Shown in pieces: positions 19,785 through 29,023 of a stretch of DNA of 64,000 nt (its first letter is position 1; each line of letters opens with the position of its first letter). The notes beneath the pieces are model-generated. The model did no database searches and was not told the DNA's origin. It saw nothing but the letters and a program-made list of their open reading frames with translations. Made by a program: the position numbers and the translations under genes. The stretch lies in NCBI GenBank assembly GCA_019322435.1, contig JAHWIR010000008.1, positions 21,647 through 85,646 on the forward strand, read 5' to 3'. The stretch comes from Candidatus Woesearchaeota archaeon. GTDB lineage: Archaea > Nanobdellota > Nanobdellia > Woesearchaeales > WJKL01.

Positions 19785-20468
19785 ATGAAGAAAGAGAAAT
19801 ATTTTGATAAATGGGCTGAAACATATTCAAGAGGAGAATATCCTTTGTTTGAACAGTGGAATATTGATAAATTGTTTGAGCAGATTGAGTTAAAAGATGA
19901 TGATGTTGTGCTAGATCTTGGAACTGGGAATGGAAAACTGCTTAGAGAAGTTGGTAAAAGAGATTTTGCATGCAGATTAATTGGTATTGATTTTTCAAAA
20001 GAGATGTTAGATGAAGCCAGGGAAAAACTAAAACAAGAGAATTTAAATGCTCAATTAATCCAAAGAACATTACCTGATATTGGTTTAAAGAAAGAATCTG
20101 TAGATTATGTGATAAGCAATATTGCATTGCATCATGTTAAAGATAAAAAGAAACTGTATTCTGCGATTTATAATGTGTTGAAGAAAGGAGGAAAATTAGT
20201 TTATGTTGATTCTCATGACAAACCAGATGAGTGGTTTGATAAAGCAAAAAAAGAATGGTTAAAGAAAGAAGAAAAGTTTGCTAAAGCTTATAAGAAAAGT
20301 GCTGATGATACATGGCAAGAAATTCCAGCAGAGATAAGAGAAAAACATCCTCCTGAGTATCATATAACAACAGAAGAGGCAAGGGAATTTTTAAGAGAAG
20401 CTGGATTTAAGAATATTGAGATAATACCAAGCCCTTCTTATTTTATAGTTGTTAAAGCAGAAAAATGA
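19785..20468 (+). CDS. Class I SAM-dependent methyltransferase
   Basis: Motif I is VLDLGTGNG and the post-I acidic residue is GIDFS. An LKKGGKLV segment follows. Confidence 0.8.
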   Translation: MKKEKYFDKWAETYSRGEYPLFEQWNIDKLFEQIELKDDDVVLDLGTGNGKLLREVGKRDFACRLIGIDFSKEMLDEAREKLKQENLNAQLIQRTLPDIGLKKESVDYVISNIALHHVKDKKKLYSAIYNVLKKGGKLVYVDSHDKPDEWFDKAKKEWLKKEEKFAKAYKKSADDTWQEIPAEIREKHPPEYHITTEEAREFLREAGFKNIEIIPSPSYFIVVKAEK

Positions 20469-21646
20469 AACCAGAACTGATATCTCCAGCAGGAGATTGG
20501 ATTTCTTTGAGAGCAGGGATTGATGCAGGAGCTGATGCTGTTTATTTTGGGTTGAAAGAGTTCAGCATGAGAGCTAAGGCTAAAAATTTTGATTTGAAAG
20601 AATTGAAAAAAGTTGTTGATGAATGCCATAAGAAAAAGGTCAAAGCATATCTTGCATTGAATACAATAATCTATGAAGATGAATTAGAGAAGATAAAGAA
20701 TATATTGAAGGAAGTTAAGAAAGCAAAGGTTGATGCTATCCATGCATGGGATCTAAGCATAGTGGGAGAAGCTTTGAAATTAAAGATTCCTGTTCATCTT
20801 TCTACACAAGCATCTGTCAGCAATTCAGAAGCTGCGAAATTCTATAAGAAATTAGGGATAAAAAGGATAATTTTGGCAAGGGAGTGCAGTTTAGAGCAGA
20901 TTAAAGAGATAAAGAAAGTCAAAGGATTGGAGATTGAGGTTTTTGTGCATGGAGCAATGTGTGTTTCTATATCAGGAAGGTGTTTTATTTCGCAGTTTGA
21001 GTTTGGAAAGTCTGCAAACAGAGGGGAATGCTTGCAGCCATGCAGAAGAGAGTATACTGTAAGTGATGAAGAAGGAAACAAATTGAAGCTTGGAAACAAT
21101 TATGTGATGTCTCCGAAGGATCTGTGTGCATTGCCTTTTATTGAGAAATTGAAATTTGTTGATGCATTCAAGATAGAAGGAAGGAACAGAAGCCCTGAAT
21201 ATGTCAAGACAGTTACTGAAGTTTACAGAGAGGCAATTGACAAGAAATTGACTAAAGCTAGAATAAAACAACTGATGAAAAAGCTGAAAACTGTGTATAA
21301 CAGAGGATTTAGTTCTGGTTTTTATTTAGGAAAGCCAATGCCAAAGGATTTCACAGATGTTTATGGAAGCAAAGCAACTAGGAAGAAAGTATATGCTGGG
21401 AAAGTGCTGCATTATTATGGAAATATCAAGGTTGCAGAAGTTAAAGTGGAAGCTGGAAGCCTAAAAACAGGGGATGAGATAATGATTCAAGGACCAACAA
21501 CAGGAGTGTATGAGCAGAAGCTGAAGTCAATGGAGATAAAGCATAAGAAAGTAAAAGAAGTAAAGAAAGGAAATGCAGTTGGTATTAAACTAGAGAAAGT
21601 TGTCAGAAAGAATGATAAAGTGTTTGTAATAAAAAAAGAAAAATAA
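20465..21646 (+). CDS. Peptidase U32 family protein (RlhA/TrhP-like RNA hydroxylase family)
   Basis: YFGLKEFSMRA, EVFVHGAMCVSISGRCF and KIEGR segments are characteristic of U32. Confidence 0.85.
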   Translation: MKPELISPAGDWISLRAGIDAGADAVYFGLKEFSMRAKAKNFDLKELKKVVDECHKKKVKAYLALNTIIYEDELEKIKNILKEVKKAKVDAIHAWDLSIVGEALKLKIPVHLSTQASVSNSEAAKFYKKLGIKRIILARECSLEQIKEIKKVKGLEIEVFVHGAMCVSISGRCFISQFEFGKSANRGECLQPCRREYTVSDEEGNKLKLGNNYVMSPKDLCALPFIEKLKFVDAFKIEGRNRSPEYVKTVTEVYREAIDKKLTKARIKQLMKKLKTVYNRGFSSGFYLGKPMPKDFTDVYGSKATRKKVYAGKVLHYYGNIKVAEVKVEAGSLKTGDEIMIQGPTTGVYEQKLKSMEIKHKKVKEVKKGNAVGIKLEKVVRKNDKVFVIKKEK

Positions 21647-21657
21647 AAAAAGGATTT

Positions 21658-23481
21658 TTATGATTTCCTTCTTCTTGTCATCAAATACCCGCCAATAGCA
21701 ACTACAGCTATGACCAAAGCCATTCCTATTGTTGAGAACTCTGGGATGACTCCTGGAGCTGGGATTACGACTCTGTTATCATAGGGGTCTGATGGAACAG
21801 GGGTTGTGCCACAGTAAGGAGCTTGGCCTGTACAGAACGTGAAAAACCAGGCTTCTATTGGATAATTTATCGGAGCGGTCACACTTATGGTAGCACTTCC
21901 TAAGGAAGCTGGTCCATTCCAAGAGCCAATAACATCTCCATAATCATCAATAACAAAGATATATACCTGCATCTCGGGGCATTCATTTACACCAATAGTC
22001 CAACCAGCATTTAGTTCTAATTCTTCTTCATCAAACTCAGCAGAAACACTGGACAGGCTCATTTCAGGGCATTCTTCCTCTGTAATAGTAACCTTATAGT
22101 CTTCTACTTCTCCGTTAGGCCAATAACCTACAGGAGTTAATCCTCCTTCAATGCTAATTCTAAATCTTGCATAAGTAGGACCTAATTCTGCGTCGCATGG
22201 CACCATAAAACTCAGATTGATTACTCCTGCTACTGGCTGACTAGCAAAAATCTGCTCTGCAGGATGATCAAAAACACCATTTTGATTAAAATCAATCCAA
22301 GCATCAAGTAATCCTCCTTGTGGTGCTGTAACTGTTATGATTGCTTGTTGACATGGTATCAAAGGTGTATTGAATACAACACCATCTTCGTCATCAAGAT
22401 TATTAATATCGTCTCCGTCTGCATTTGCTGTAGGTTGTCCATCCGGTTCAACATCTCTCTGATTCCCTAAGAAAGGTCCTATTGCAAGATGTCTTGCTCC
22501 ATCGCTTGCTAACAATGTTGAATAGCTGTCTGGTGCATCTCCGAAGTCAAGTTCTTCTTCAGGCGGTGGCAGTATACACTGCTCCTTGTATATCTCGTCC
22601 AAAGCAGTTATTGTATACAAGTGTCCATCAGTTCCGTCAAAATTATCACCTATGATAATTGGTTCTGAACAAGAAGTGTGTTTTGTTGCAGTTGCTATCA
22701 GCTGTCCGTTTCTCCATACTTCTATTTTTGTCTCTGGACTTATCTTGTCCTTAAAGTTTCCTTTTGCGTCGCTGTTGCTGACTGAATTTATAGTCATGCT
22801 GATTCCTGTTGTAGTTAATGAGTCTATTATCAAATCATGCTGGCCGACATTATTATCCACATTAGAAGATGAAACTGTTGCTGTCTCAGAGTCCTTTAAT
22901 TTTGTCTTTCCTGCGCCATATACCTTAACTTCAACTGAGTCTCCTTCAGTAAAGGAGTAATCAAAATCAACGCTGAGCGAGTTTAGTCCTTTGCACTCAG
23001 TACATACTGCTCCAGGAGGAGAATGATGAACATCTATGCAGACTTCATCTCCAGAGGATGGTTCTGGTATTGTTGCTGTATAGATTATTGGATTGTATTC
23101 AAGGTCAGCAGGATAGCCTGTTAATGTTATTTCTGGATCTTGGTCTCCGCCATAAACAATCCAGTCATATGATAAAGCTCCATTAATATAAATCCATTCG
23201 CCATCGCTTCTTAATTCATCAGCTTCAACTGTTCCATCACCATCATTGTCATGCTCTCCATATGATATATATGGCTTTGCTACTGAATCTAAAGTGGTCT
23301 TTATTTCGATGGTGGTTCCTTGGTCTGTAACTTCTACTTCACTGTGGTATCCTAATACAGAGTTATGGAGATAATAAACAGCATCTCCTGCATAATTAAA
23401 ACAAACAGAAGACTGGTCTCCACCAGCTAAAACAATAGTGCTTAATAATGCCAGCACAAGGGCGTATAAGAAAATTTTCAT
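21658..23481 (-). CDS. Secreted cell-surface protein with C-terminal PEF-CTERM-type archaeal sorting signal
   Basis: An N-terminal signal peptide is present. The C-terminus reads PEFSTIGMALVIAVVAIGGYLMTRRRKS, a PEF motif followed by a TM helix and a basic tail. GDAPDSY and Asp/Gly-rich segments are also present. Confidence 0.6.
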   Translation of the reverse strand: MKIFLYALVLALLSTIVLAGGDQSSVCFNYAGDAVYYLHNSVLGYHSEVEVTDQGTTIEIKTTLDSVAKPYISYGEHDNDGDGTVEADELRSDGEWIYINGALSYDWIVYGGDQDPEITLTGYPADLEYNPIIYTATIPEPSSGDEVCIDVHHSPPGAVCTECKGLNSLSVDFDYSFTEGDSVEVKVYGAGKTKLKDSETATVSSSNVDNNVGQHDLIIDSLTTTGISMTINSVSNSDAKGNFKDKISPETKIEVWRNGQLIATATKHTSCSEPIIIGDNFDGTDGHLYTITALDEIYKEQCILPPPEEELDFGDAPDSYSTLLASDGARHLAIGPFLGNQRDVEPDGQPTANADGDDINNLDDEDGVVFNTPLIPCQQAIITVTAPQGGLLDAWIDFNQNGVFDHPAEQIFASQPVAGVINLSFMVPCDAELGPTYARFRISIEGGLTPVGYWPNGEVEDYKVTITEEECPEMSLSSVSAEFDEEELELNAGWTIGVNECPEMQVYIFVIDDYGDVIGSWNGPASLGSATISVTAPINYPIEAWFFTFCTGQAPYCGTTPVPSDPYDNRVVIPAPGVIPEFSTIGMALVIAVVAIGGYLMTRRRKS

Positions 23482-23543
23482 TTTTTATCTCACCTTTAAA
23501 GTTTGAGTATTATTTAGGCTATACTCTCTAATCTTATTTAAAT

Positions 23544-24383
23544 TTATCTTTTTAGTTTGTTATACATCTTATAGAGATATAGGGAATCTTTGATTTGCTC
23601 TCTTTCCCAGCCTTTTTTTATTAGGATAGTTATAATTTGTTTTTCTGTTTTTCCTTTGCGCTTTAATTTTCTTACTTTGGAGAGCAGTATTTTTCTTGAC
23701 ATAATCCTTAATAAGCTTCTCTTTTTCATTACTGAAGAAAAGAAAGATGGTTCGGTTTCTTTTTCATCTTTTTCAGCCAGGTATTTGTCATATCTGTGGA
23801 GGGCATCAATCACATGCCTTTCTTGCCAGCCTTTTTCTATCAATAATTTCTTTATTTTTCTATTTTCCAGTTTTTTGCGCTTTAATTTTCTTATCCTGGT
23901 GAACAATAGCTGCCTTCTGAATTTTCTCCTTATCCTTCTGAAATGTTTCTTTTTTAGTGGCAGGACAAGCGCAGGGATCTCTTCCTCTTGTTTTTTGATC
24001 TCAGCATCATACCTGTAGATTGCATCAATCTCGTGTTTTTTCTTCCAGCCTTTTTTTAGCAGTATTGATTTAATCTCGGTGTTTTTCAGTTTTTTGCGCT
24101 TTAGTTTTCTTATCCTTGCAAACAATAATCTTCTTCTAAATTTCCTTCTTATCTTGTGGAAAAAACCTGATTCTCTTGGCGGAATAATTATAGCAGGGGT
24201 TTTATCTTCTTTTTTTAGATGACGTTTCTTATACCTATGGAGGGCATCACCTACATGTTTTGCATGCCACCCTTTAATAATCAGTAATTTTTTAATTTCC
24301 CTTTCAGGAAGGCCTTTTTTGGTTAATTTTATTATGCGGTTGAACAATACCTGCCTTCTTATTTTTCTTTTTATCTTATGAAG
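23544..24383. repeat. Intragenic tandem DNA repeat, ~220-bp period x4
   Basis: The TTTTTTGCGCTTTAATTTTCTTA core recurs near 23648, 23874, 24090 and 24330. Confidence 0.7.
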
Positions 24384-24716
24384 GAGCTTTCCCTTTTTCA
24401 ACACCAGGAAAAATAAGATGATGATGACAGCTGGAGGCAGTATCAATGCCCACCACTCTATTCTTTTTCTTTTCTCTTCTTCAATCTTTAACTCTATTTC
24501 TTTTTCTGCTTTCTTTGCTTTCAGGTATTCATTAAGAGCTTTTAGTACTGCTTCAGGGATTTCAGTTTGGTTATAATCTTCTTGAGAATCATCATAGACA
24601 CTGATTGTTTCTGCTTCTAGCTGGGGCTCATCTTGTATTGTTTCTTCCTGCGCAGCAGCTGGCATAATCAAAAGAAACAGCAATACAGTTAAGGATATCG
24701 CCTCTTTTTTACTCAT
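23544..24716 (-). CDS. Basic single-pass membrane protein with four tandem ~70-aa repeats ('KGW' module)
   Basis: The protein has a signal peptide, one TM helix and then four copies of an RRKFRRxLLFxRIRKLKRKKL...IKxLLIxKGWxxxHVIDALHRY module. The underlying DNA has a period of about 220 bp. Confidence 0.6.
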   Translation of the reverse strand: MSKKEAISLTVLLFLLIMPAAAQEETIQDEPQLEAETISVYDDSQEDYNQTEIPEAVLKALNEYLKAKKAEKEIELKIEEEKRKRIEWWALILPPAVIIILFFLVLKKGKLLHKIKRKIRRQVLFNRIIKLTKKGLPEREIKKLLIIKGWHAKHVGDALHRYKKRHLKKEDKTPAIIIPPRESGFFHKIRRKFRRRLLFARIRKLKRKKLKNTEIKSILLKKGWKKKHEIDAIYRYDAEIKKQEEEIPALVLPLKKKHFRRIRRKFRRQLLFTRIRKLKRKKLENRKIKKLLIEKGWQERHVIDALHRYDKYLAEKDEKETEPSFFSSVMKKRSLLRIMSRKILLSKVRKLKRKGKTEKQIITILIKKGWEREQIKDSLYLYKMYNKLKR

Positions 24717-24877
24717 TTTGAGGGTGATATGTATAGTATAGTATTTAAGCTTTTTTATAAATTCATTTTAAATATTTCCGACGAGAAGTAATCGATAGAT
24801 TTAAATACTAGTTCGATTTTAGACGAGAAATAAGACAAATTCTAGTCTTAATAAACATAAAACGGGGGTAAATTAAA

Positions 24878-25183
24878 ATGGCAACTAAATGTGCAAAAGT
24901 TGGTGTTAAGAAAGAAAAAGGCTTTCTTTACTTTGTTGACAAGAAAGGAAATGTAGCAAGAGCAAAGATGGCAAGAGGAAAGAAGAAAGGCAAAGCAAAG
25001 ATACAAGTTGTAGCTAAAGTTGGTGTTAAGAAGAAAGCTGGATTCTTGTACTTCATTGACAAGAAAGGAGATATTAGCTGTGCAAAGATGGTAAGAGGCG
25101 GCAAGAAGAAAAAGAAGAAAGCTGCTAAGAAGAAAAAGCCAGCTAAGAAAAAAGCTAAAAAGAAAGCAAAGAAAAAGCGATAA
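24878..25183 (+). CDS. Small lysine-rich basic protein with internally duplicated ~45-aa domain and histone H1-like KKAKKK tail
   Basis: Two copies of K(V)GVKKxxGFLYF(V/I)DKKG...AKM(A/V)RG are followed by a (K/A)-rich tail. A T-rich terminator-like tract lies downstream. Confidence 0.6.
   Translation: MATKCAKVGVKKEKGFLYFVDKKGNVARAKMARGKKKGKAKIQVVAKVGVKKKAGFLYFIDKKGDISCAKMVRGGKKKKKKAAKKKKPAKKKAKKKAKKKR
24893..25095. repeat. Intragenic direct duplication (~85 bp x2, spaced 120 bp)
   Basis: gcaaaagttggtgttaagaaagaaaaaggctttctttactttgttgacaagaaaggaaatg is near-repeated as gctaaagttggtgttaagaagaaagctggattcttgtacttcattgacaagaaaggagata. Confidence 0.6.
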
Positions 25184-25243
25184 ATTCTTTTTTTTATTTC
25201 TTTTATTTTTACAAAAATAAAAGTTTGAAAGCTTTTGCTTTCT

Positions 25244-26128
25244 TTATATTTTTTTTATTATTACTACTTCTTCAAGAAGTTTTTCAGCACTAGATATTAT
25301 TCTGGCTAATGCTCTTTCAAGTGATTTTTCTGTTGCAGAAAGTTTTTCTTCTATTCTTGCTGCTGCTGAGGATTCAACCAGATAAAGATCATTTCTTATT
25401 ACAGCCAATTGTTTTTTTAGTTCAGGGATAAGCGTGGAAACAGCAAGCTCTATTCTTTGAAGATCACGAAGTTCTTTTTCGATGTTTTTGGTTATTTCAT
25501 TGATATTTGCTATTTTCAGCCTGTCTAGTATCTTGTCCAGAGCTTCTATCTCCTTTCCCAGCAAAAAGATATTTTTAGAGACTTCAATCTTTTCTTTTGC
25601 AAGTGGTCTTTTGAGTATTTCAGGGGCTCCTGCTGTCTCGTACAGACGCCTGGCTGTTGTCTTGATCTCTTGTTTCAAAAGATTAAGCTGATTTGCTATC
25701 TGCGCTGATTGTTTTTTATCAGCCAACTTGTCTACTTCTCTGTGGAACTGGTCCAATGCTCTGGATTCCCGGTAGAGGATTGTGTCTGCGTCCAGGCAGA
25801 TGTTCTTTAGGTCTGATATGATGGAATCAATCTGTTTCAGCAGGTCAATTGTGTCATGCCTGATTATAGCAGAGAGCTCTTTAACAGTTGAGCTTTGTCT
25901 TGCGTATGTATCTCCAAGTTGAGGCTGCTTTTGTCTTAGTTTTACTTTTTGCACTGAAAGTTTTGATAATTCAGAATTTGCTTTTTTCAGTTTTTGAAAA
26001 TTTGGCTGAAGTCTTTTGCTTATCCTTGCAATCTCGTTCCTGGATTTCAGGATAGTTGCTGCATTTTCCTGGATAGACCTTGATAAAGAAGTGGAGGTTG
26101 CTAATCTGAGCTTGTATTGAGCAGCCAT
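25244..26128 (-). CDS. Hypothetical coiled-coil protein (294 aa)
   Basis: It is a long ORF encoding a heptad-rich, Lys/Glu/Leu-rich sequence. Confidence 0.5.
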   Translation of the reverse strand: MAAQYKLRLATSTSLSRSIQENAATILKSRNEIARISKRLQPNFQKLKKANSELSKLSVQKVKLRQKQPQLGDTYARQSSTVKELSAIIRHDTIDLLKQIDSIISDLKNICLDADTILYRESRALDQFHREVDKLADKKQSAQIANQLNLLKQEIKTTARRLYETAGAPEILKRPLAKEKIEVSKNIFLLGKEIEALDKILDRLKIANINEITKNIEKELRDLQRIELAVSTLIPELKKQLAVIRNDLYLVESSAAARIEEKLSATEKSLERALARIISSAEKLLEEVVIIKKI

Positions 26129-26129
26129 T

Positions 26130-27050
26130 TTAGGTCATGATTTTCAGTTCTTTTTGCGTGTTTTTTAATTCAGAGCCGATTCCCTTGCCTATTAAGAAGG
26201 ATTGCGGAGCAATGACTCCTGACAGCATATCTAAGATTGTTTTTTCTCTTTTGTATTCTGCAAATTCTATATCTTCTAATTCTAAGTTTGTTATCAGCCA
26301 TTGTTTTGCTGTTTCCTTGTCTCCTGTTGCATCAATCAATCCAAATTCCAAAGCTTCGATGCCTAGATAAAATTCTCCTGTTGAGAGATGTTTTGCTTTT
26401 TCATAATCCATGTTCCTGTTTTCTGCAACTGCTTTTATAAAGATTTCATGTATCTTATTTATCTTTGACTGTAGGATAGCTCTTTCATCCAAGCCTAATG
26501 GTTTGAATGGGTCTCCAATGTCTTTATATGCTCCTCCAACTAATCTTTGATAAGTCATATTGTATCTTTCTAACAATCCTGCGAATTCAATGTATGAGGA
26601 ATAGACACCAATAGAGCCTGTTACTGACATTTCATTTGCAATGATATAGTCTGTTGCAGAAGCAATCCAATAGCCTCCTGATGCGCCTACTTCTCTGATA
26701 ACTGCAACAGTTGTCTTGTTTACTCTTTTGACTACATCTGCTATCTCTTTTGAAGCTACTGCAGAGCCGCCAGGAGAGTTGATGTCGAGTACAATTGCTT
26801 CTATTGCTGGATTTTTATCTGCTTTTTGTATCTGCTCGATGATGTCTGTTGAGCTTGCTGCTTGTGTGCCAAATGAAGAAGCTCCTTCAACTGTGATCAC
26901 TCCCTTTATTGGAATTACAGCAACATTGCCAAATGGCTCCATGTCAATAAAAAAGATAGAGATAATAGAAACAAAGAAGAAACTTATTATTGCAAATAGG
27001 ATTAGTGCTATTATTACTGCTGTTAACCTCTTTTTTGGCTGCTGCTCCAT
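26130..27050 (-). CDS. sppA: Signal peptide peptidase SppA (peptidase S49), membrane-anchored
   Basis: An N-terminal TM helix is followed by an S49 core with GGSAVAS and GASGGYWIA segments. Confidence 0.8.
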   Translation of the reverse strand: MEQQPKKRLTAVIIALILFAIISFFFVSIISIFFIDMEPFGNVAVIPIKGVITVEGASSFGTQAASSTDIIEQIQKADKNPAIEAIVLDINSPGGSAVASKEIADVVKRVNKTTVAVIREVGASGGYWIASATDYIIANEMSVTGSIGVYSSYIEFAGLLERYNMTYQRLVGGAYKDIGDPFKPLGLDERAILQSKINKIHEIFIKAVAENRNMDYEKAKHLSTGEFYLGIEALEFGLIDATGDKETAKQWLITNLELEDIEFAEYKREKTILDMLSGVIAPQSFLIGKGIGSELKNTQKELKIMT

Positions 27051-27082
27051 CTTTATTTAATTTGTTTAGATTGTATATAAAA

Positions 27083-27574
27083 CTATCTAATCTTATATTT
27101 CTGTATAACAGTGATGTGGTTTAATTTTTGCATAAGTCTTTGATTTTTTGGGGAAGTGAGCATATAGAAAAAATCAACTGCCCACAGGATGATGAATATC
27201 TTTGCTGCAATAAATGTTATGTTGCTGAACAGATAGTTCCGGTAAGATGCTTTTCCTTCAGGCACAACATAGATCCCGAACAGTATCTGGCCTGGTGTCT
27301 GCTGGATCTTATACTGCAGGTAAGTAAAATAAAGCACTGCAATGAAACTCATCATAATCAAGACCGAATATAATCTAGAGACTATCAAGGGATTGCTTTG
27401 TATATAAGCCTGCTGCTGGGAAAATGTTCCTGGCGGGATGATCTTCCTGACTAGCCTGTCAAAAGGGAACAAGACAAAGAGGTCTAGGATTAAGATATCT
27501 ATTATGAAAGCAAAGATTCTTTTTGGAATTGATGCTGGTGCTAAGAAGAATTTATTACTACCTCTTTTTTTCAT
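27083..27574 (-). CDS. RDD-family membrane protein
   Basis: The KRIFAFIIDILILD RDD signature and TM helices are present. The start is placed at the internal Met so that the gene does not overlap the aIF-1A gene. Confidence 0.6.
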   Translation of the reverse strand: MKKRGSNKFFLAPASIPKRIFAFIIDILILDLFVLFPFDRLVRKIIPPGTFSQQQAYIQSNPLIVSRLYSVLIMMSFIAVLYFTYLQYKIQQTPGQILFGIYVVPEGKASYRNYLFSNITFIAAKIFIILWAVDFFYMLTSPKNQRLMQKLNHITVIQKYKIR

Positions 27575-27655
27575 AGAGATAGAGGGAGGGTATTTGTTTA
27601 AAAAAGTTGTTATTTTCGCAATGCTTATAAAGAAATCAGGGTTTTTAGAGGTAGT

Positions 27656-28000
27656 ATGAGCAAAAAGAAAGAAGAAGCTGCAAGGCAGGCTGCGATTGAG
27701 CGGCAGATTTCTAGAATCAGGCTTCCTAGAGGGAAGCAGACATTTGGCATTGTTGACCAAAGATTAGGCGGCAGCAGGATGAAGGTTAGATGCTTAGATG
27801 GAAAGACAAGGGTCTGCAGGATTCCTGGAAGGATGAAGAGATATTTGTGGGTGAGAGAAGGAGATGTCATCATTGTTGAGCCATGGGAATTGGGCGGAGA
27901 TGACAAAGGAGACGTCATCTACAAATATACAAAGAGCCAATTACAGTATATCAAAAGAAAAGGTTATCTAAAAAAGCTGGAAGAGTTTGAAGAGTTCTAA
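27656..28000 (+). CDS. eif1a: Translation initiation factor aIF-1A (S1/OB fold)
   Basis: The protein has an RLPRGKQ..G.V N-terminus, [38 protein letters not shown] and a C-terminal acidic end. Confidence 0.9.
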   Translation: MSKKKEEAARQAAIERQISRIRLPRGKQTFGIVDQRLGGSRMKVRCLDGKTRVCRIPGRMKRYLWVREGDVIIVEPWELGGDDKGDVIYKYTKSQLQYIKRKGYLKKLEEFEEF

Positions 28001-28054
28001 TTTACTACTCTAGAATAAAAATATTTAAATAAGAGTTCTTTTTTTGTATTTGAT

Positions 28055-28585
28055 ATGGGGGAAAACAAAGGTTCATTTATAATAACACTGATAGTGATGT
28101 TCATACTTTTCTTAAGCTGGATAGCTATTGTGTTCAACCTAGGCGGAAGATTCTATAAAGGAGAGCTGATATTGCTGGTATTATTCTTATTAGTGAGCCT
28201 TAAGCTGACTTTTGGCAGCAACCAATGGAGAGGGCTTATCAAGTTCTATTCATTAATATGGGTTAATTTTCTTTTTATCTATTTCATGAGATTCAGCATA
28301 AAAGAGGTTGTTTTGCCATTTGCAGTGAGCTTTATTGGATGGCTTGTTGCTATTGTCAAACTAGATTCAGATGATTTTGAAGAAGGTGATTGGGGAGAAG
28401 GGGAAAGTTTAGAAGTCAAAAAAGAGTTCAGTCCTGGAAAGTATGTTGCAAGCAAAACAGGAAAAAAGTTTCATGCGCCTAAATGCGACTGGGCAAAGAA
28501 GATAAAAAAAGACAATCAGATATGGTTTGAGAGCAAAGAAGAAGCTGAAACAGAGAATTTAAAGGCTTGTGATTGTGTTAATTAA
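28055..28585 (+). CDS. Membrane protein with C-terminal Ada-like/YHxxxC...CxC zinc-binding domain
   Basis: There are four or five N-terminal TM helices. The C-terminus reads YVASKTGKKFHAPKCDWAKKIKKDNQIWFESKEEAETENLKACDC. Confidence 0.5.
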   Translation: MGENKGSFIITLIVMFILFLSWIAIVFNLGGRFYKGELILLVLFLLVSLKLTFGSNQWRGLIKFYSLIWVNFLFIYFMRFSIKEVVLPFAVSFIGWLVAIVKLDSDDFEEGDWGEGESLEVKKEFSPGKYVASKTGKKFHAPKCDWAKKIKKDNQIWFESKEEAETENLKACDCVN

Positions 28586-28998
28586 GACAGTTTTTTTACC
28601 AATGCTTTAACCTGCTTGAGAATAAAGTCTCTTGTTTTTCTGAAGTCTTCAATTGGGTGGCCTACTACGTCAGGGGTTTGCCATTCGATTATCTTTCCTT
28701 TGGGTATCATTGAGGGAAAATTAGGAAGATGCTTGTTCATCTTGACTATCTTGTGTGCTGAGTCTAGTTCATCAAATTCCAGATGGGTTGGAGCTTTTTT
28801 AGTTACTTTTACTTTGATCTGTTTCAGCACTTCAACTGCATTGGGGTCTACAGTATGGATAGGAAGGGTTCCTGCGCTTGTTGCTCTATAGCCTTTTGGA
28901 GCAAATTTGTTGAAGATTGATTCTGCCATAATGCTTCTGATGGAGTTTCCGTGGCAGACAAATAATATTGTTTTTGACATTTTCTTCGAAAATTTCAA
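28582..28998 (-). CDS. Low-molecular-weight protein-tyrosine phosphatase / ArsC-family arsenate reductase
   Basis: LFVCHGNSIRSIMAE contains the CX5R P-loop. Confidence 0.8.
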   Translation of the reverse strand: MKFSKKMSKTILFVCHGNSIRSIMAESIFNKFAPKGYRATSAGTLPIHTVDPNAVEVLKQIKVKVTKKAPTHLEFDELDSAHKIVKMNKHLPNFPSMIPKGKIIEWQTPDVVGHPIEDFRKTRDFILKQVKALVKKLS

Positions 28999-29023
28999 AC
29001 CTTACTCATTTCATTCGTAAGTT

